Notes under the pieces: model-generated
The model's input: the letters and a program-made list of their open reading frames with translations, nothing else
Database searches by the model: none
What the model was told of the DNA's origin: nothing
Shown: piece after piece, positions 39,374 to 41,812 of the stretch
How positions within the stretch are numbered: position 1 is the stretch's first letter
Layout: every line of letters begins with the position of its first letter
DNA from: Candidatus Dojkabacteria bacterium
Lineage (GTDB): Bacteria > Patescibacteriota > Dojkabacteria > SC72
Assembly: GCA_040765985.1 (NCBI GenBank)
Contig: JAXGRK010000011.1
Span: 1 to 41,812, forward strand
DNA length: 41,812 nucleotides
Reading direction: 5' to 3'
Translations under genes and position numbers: made by a program

Positions 39374-39399
39374 ATTTTTGATGTGGTATAATTAAATAT

Positions 39400-39744
39400 A
39401 TGATAAAAACCTTAAATAGAAATAGTTTAGATGATAAAAAGCAGTTCTTTATTGATACTATTGCTAAATTTTGTGATAAATGTGGTAACGCTTATTCCAG
39501 AAATGATTTAGAAATAATTCAAGATACAAACATCTCGAGTATTATACACTTCTCTTGTGCAAATTGTAAATCGAATCACATTGCTACATTTTTTAAACCA
39601 ATTGGTATTAGTAAGAGAATGCCTATCAATACGGATTTAGATGTAGAAGAAATTGGAAAATTTGCATCTATGAAAGAAACTTCTGTTGAAGAGATTTTGG
39701 ATTTATACCTATACCTTAAAGAGAAAACAACGGTTATGGTTTAA
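39400..39744 (+). CDS. Zinc-ribbon hypothetical protein
   Basis: CDKC...CANC; TGGTATAAT 7 nt upstream. Confidence 0.7.
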   Translation: MIKTLNRNSLDDKKQFFIDTIAKFCDKCGNAYSRNDLEIIQDTNISSIIHFSCANCKSNHIATFFKPIGISKRMPINTDLDVEEIGKFASMKETSVEEILDLYLYLKEKTTVMV

Positions 39745-41812
39745 CTATCTTTGCCAAGATATGTAGAAAGATTGATCAGACGAGAGTTCAAATCTTCTAT
39801 TTACATTGTTTTCAATTCTTGTAAGAGCTTCGCTACTTTCTATAACCCAGCCCTCTGGATAGCTAAGAGAAAAATTATATGCATCTTTTCTACTTCCTGG
39901 TTGTTTATATATATCAATATTCATTTCGTAATGATTGTCTCCTTTATTAAGAAAGAACTCAGTATCATTCTCTCCTCTTTCTAATCGATATTTAAGTTCT
40001 AAACAGTTTCTTTTGATTGGAATATTAAACCACCCTCCCACTACCTTATATCCGTCTTCTTCATAGATATTGTATTTATTGTTTGCTATACCTCTTATGC
40101 TTGTGACTGTAGCATTATATGGGATATAGATTCTAACATAATTTTTATATTCTCCTTGTGGGTATTCATCTTTAGTTGAATCATTCTGTATAGCTATTTG
40201 ATATGAGTAATCTATTGTATTCTCATCTTGGATATCAATATCTAGAGTGTGATTCTTTTTTATATATAGATTTGTTTTTAAGTTACTCCAATTCCAATCT
40301 ATATTTATTGGTGCACTTTGAAATTTAGAATCTAAATTACCATCCCAACCATTCTCATCTGCATATGCTCTTGCCATTGAATTCTTAAAAGTAAAAAGAA
40401 TATGCTTATCTTCGAGTGATTCTTGTATTGATTCATAAATATCTTTGCTGTTACTTAGTTTAGATGAGAAGATCCTTGTAATAACTGCATCAAAGAAGTC
40501 AGTAAGAAATGTTGAGTTCCGAACATCTTCGGGTTTCTCTCCAGAGTAAGTTTCAAATATGTTGGTATAAAGGTTTTCAGAAGTAATAAGGTCACTTTCT
40601 CCTGGAACTTGGATACCTCCCCATTTATCAAGTAATCTTTGAATGAAAACTAAATCAACCATTATTACCCCATCCAAAGAGTTTCCTTTATCTAAATCAA
40701 ATACAAACTGTTCAGAAGAAAGTAGTACCCTATCCATATTGGGATTCCAATTAACTAGAGGAAAAGAGAATGATGCTTCGGGTATTGCTTGTGCTAATGA
40801 AGGGGGTGTCCTGTATGTATTTCCTTGTAATTTAAGCATTGTTTGTGCGTTGTAAATATCATCGATAAAGAGTTCTCTGATTTGACCATCCTCTATAGCT
40901 ACTATTGCGTAATTTGAAATCCATCCCCCAGTGCTTCTAATTTCAGCGTTATCTTGAAGTAAGATTAGATATCTTTTTCTTTCTTCTAAGCCAAGTATAT
41001 TAGGCAAGAATTGGGATATTTGTTCTAATGGTTTAACCGTGTTATCAATTTCCTCTATTAAATCCTTGTATTGTAATACATATTCTGTTAAAAATTCTGG
41101 TAGATTTCTAATATCTACTTGAGAGATAGTATTTTGTGCTAGAGACATTTTATATATACCCTCTTGGAGAATATATCTGTTATCATCTATTGCTTCGAGG
41201 TATTCGCTATACTCCTCGATGTTTTCAGATGTATTACTATCCATTCCGGTTGTTGGATTAAATTCTTTTATATATTCTCCAAATGGGCGGAGTCCAACAA
41301 TTAGATCTTTTGAACTTTCAGAGATATATTTTGTTCCTTGAATAATTTGATAGAAATCAGAATACACATTTTGGGTTCTGGTAATTTTAAAAATCCAATA
41401 CAATCTTTTAAAACTATTTTCTACTCTGAAAATATTATTAGAAAGTGAAATACTGTTCTTCTCAATATTATCAAAATCTAACTCGGATACTGAAGATTTC
41501 AGTTTATTACCATCATTTAATACTAAGGAACCTCCTATAAGGGTACCAATTATAGGGGCGATTAAAAAATATACTGAAAGAAGAAATACAATTGCTAGAA
41601 CAATATTTCTAGAGATCTTTGTATAATCAATTTTAGTAAAAAGTTCTTTTGGTTTGGTTAGTTTGTTTAGAGGATCTGTTATTGAAGAAATCAATTCTCC
41701 TAGTTTTGTTTTAGAGATATTCGATATACTCTTTTCTGTTGTAAATCTTTTATTTACTGTTTTATCAAATTCCCACTTCTTATCAGATCTTTCATAGTAT
41801 GCTTTTACTTGG
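39745..41812 (-). CDS. DUF4012-like membrane-anchored protein, 5'-truncated by the window edge
   Basis: RYLILLQDNAEIRSTGGWI, NWNPN, DGVI, YKNYVRIYIP, YKQPG; frame open to the window end. Confidence 0.75.
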   Translation of the reverse strand, partial: QVKAYYERSDKKWEFDKTVNKRFTTEKSISNISKTKLGELISSITDPLNKLTKPKELFTKIDYTKISRNIVLAIVFLLSVYFLIAPIIGTLIGGSLVLNDGNKLKSSVSELDFDNIEKNSISLSNNIFRVENSFKRLYWIFKITRTQNVYSDFYQIIQGTKYISESSKDLIVGLRPFGEYIKEFNPTTGMDSNTSENIEEYSEYLEAIDDNRYILQEGIYKMSLAQNTISQVDIRNLPEFLTEYVLQYKDLIEEIDNTVKPLEQISQFLPNILGLEERKRYLILLQDNAEIRSTGGWISNYAIVAIEDGQIRELFIDDIYNAQTMLKLQGNTYRTPPSLAQAIPEASFSFPLVNWNPNMDRVLLSSEQFVFDLDKGNSLDGVIMVDLVFIQRLLDKWGGIQVPGESDLITSENLYTNIFETYSGEKPEDVRNSTFLTDFFDAVITRIFSSKLSNSKDIYESIQESLEDKHILFTFKNSMARAYADENGWDGNLDSKFQSAPINIDWNWSNLKTNLYIKKNHTLDIDIQDENTIDYSYQIAIQNDSTKDEYPQGEYKNYVRIYIPYNATVTSIRGIANNKYNIYEEDGYKVVGGWFNIPIKRNCLELKYRLERGENDTEFFLNKGDNHYEMNIDIYKQPGSRKDAYNFSLSYPEGWVIESSEALTRIENNVNRRFELSSDQSFYISWQR

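Noticed and set aside
2748-40855. Many short antisense ORFs inside pilB, pilC, ftsA, rnj, valS, metG and others
   Set aside because: They overlap well-supported genes and show shadow-frame composition.
1-41812. CRISPR array, IS element or intron
   Set aside because: No regularly spaced repeats, cas genes, transposases or intron-sized interruptions were seen by eye.

Overview
AT-rich, tightly packed chromosomal segment spanning the replication origin of a small-genome bacterium. Gene content (type IV pilus cluster, FtsA plus baseplate-J-like pair, DUF4012-like protein, shortened aminoacyl-tRNA synthetases) suggests Patescibacteria/CPR, possibly Dojkabacteria; this is inference. Left to right: CE4 deacetylase and surface proteins, an 8-gene type IV pilus operon, glnA, an HEXXH peptidase cassette, tmRNA with a 26-codon tag, GH1 glycosidase, an error-rich stretch (trmH-like gene, membrane protein, second pilin), tRNA-Ser, an atypical orphan response regulator, dnaN-oriC-dnaA, rpmH-rnpA-yidD-yidC-jag, tRNA-Ser/tRNA-Arg, ftsA, rnj, two tandem unknown paralogs, valS, metG, pilN/O-like genes, rpoD, a Zn-ribbon protein and a DUF4012-like protein. 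The most striking unexplained element lies between valS and metG: an unannotated 51-codon ORF with a strong Shine-Dalgarno, an internal 16-nt perfect complement of the 16S rRNA 3' tail, and stacked hairpins. Several frameshifts, including one in dnaA, look like sequencing errors. No CRISPR array, rRNA gene, integrase or transposase was seen. All family calls are by-eye motif recognition, not database searches.
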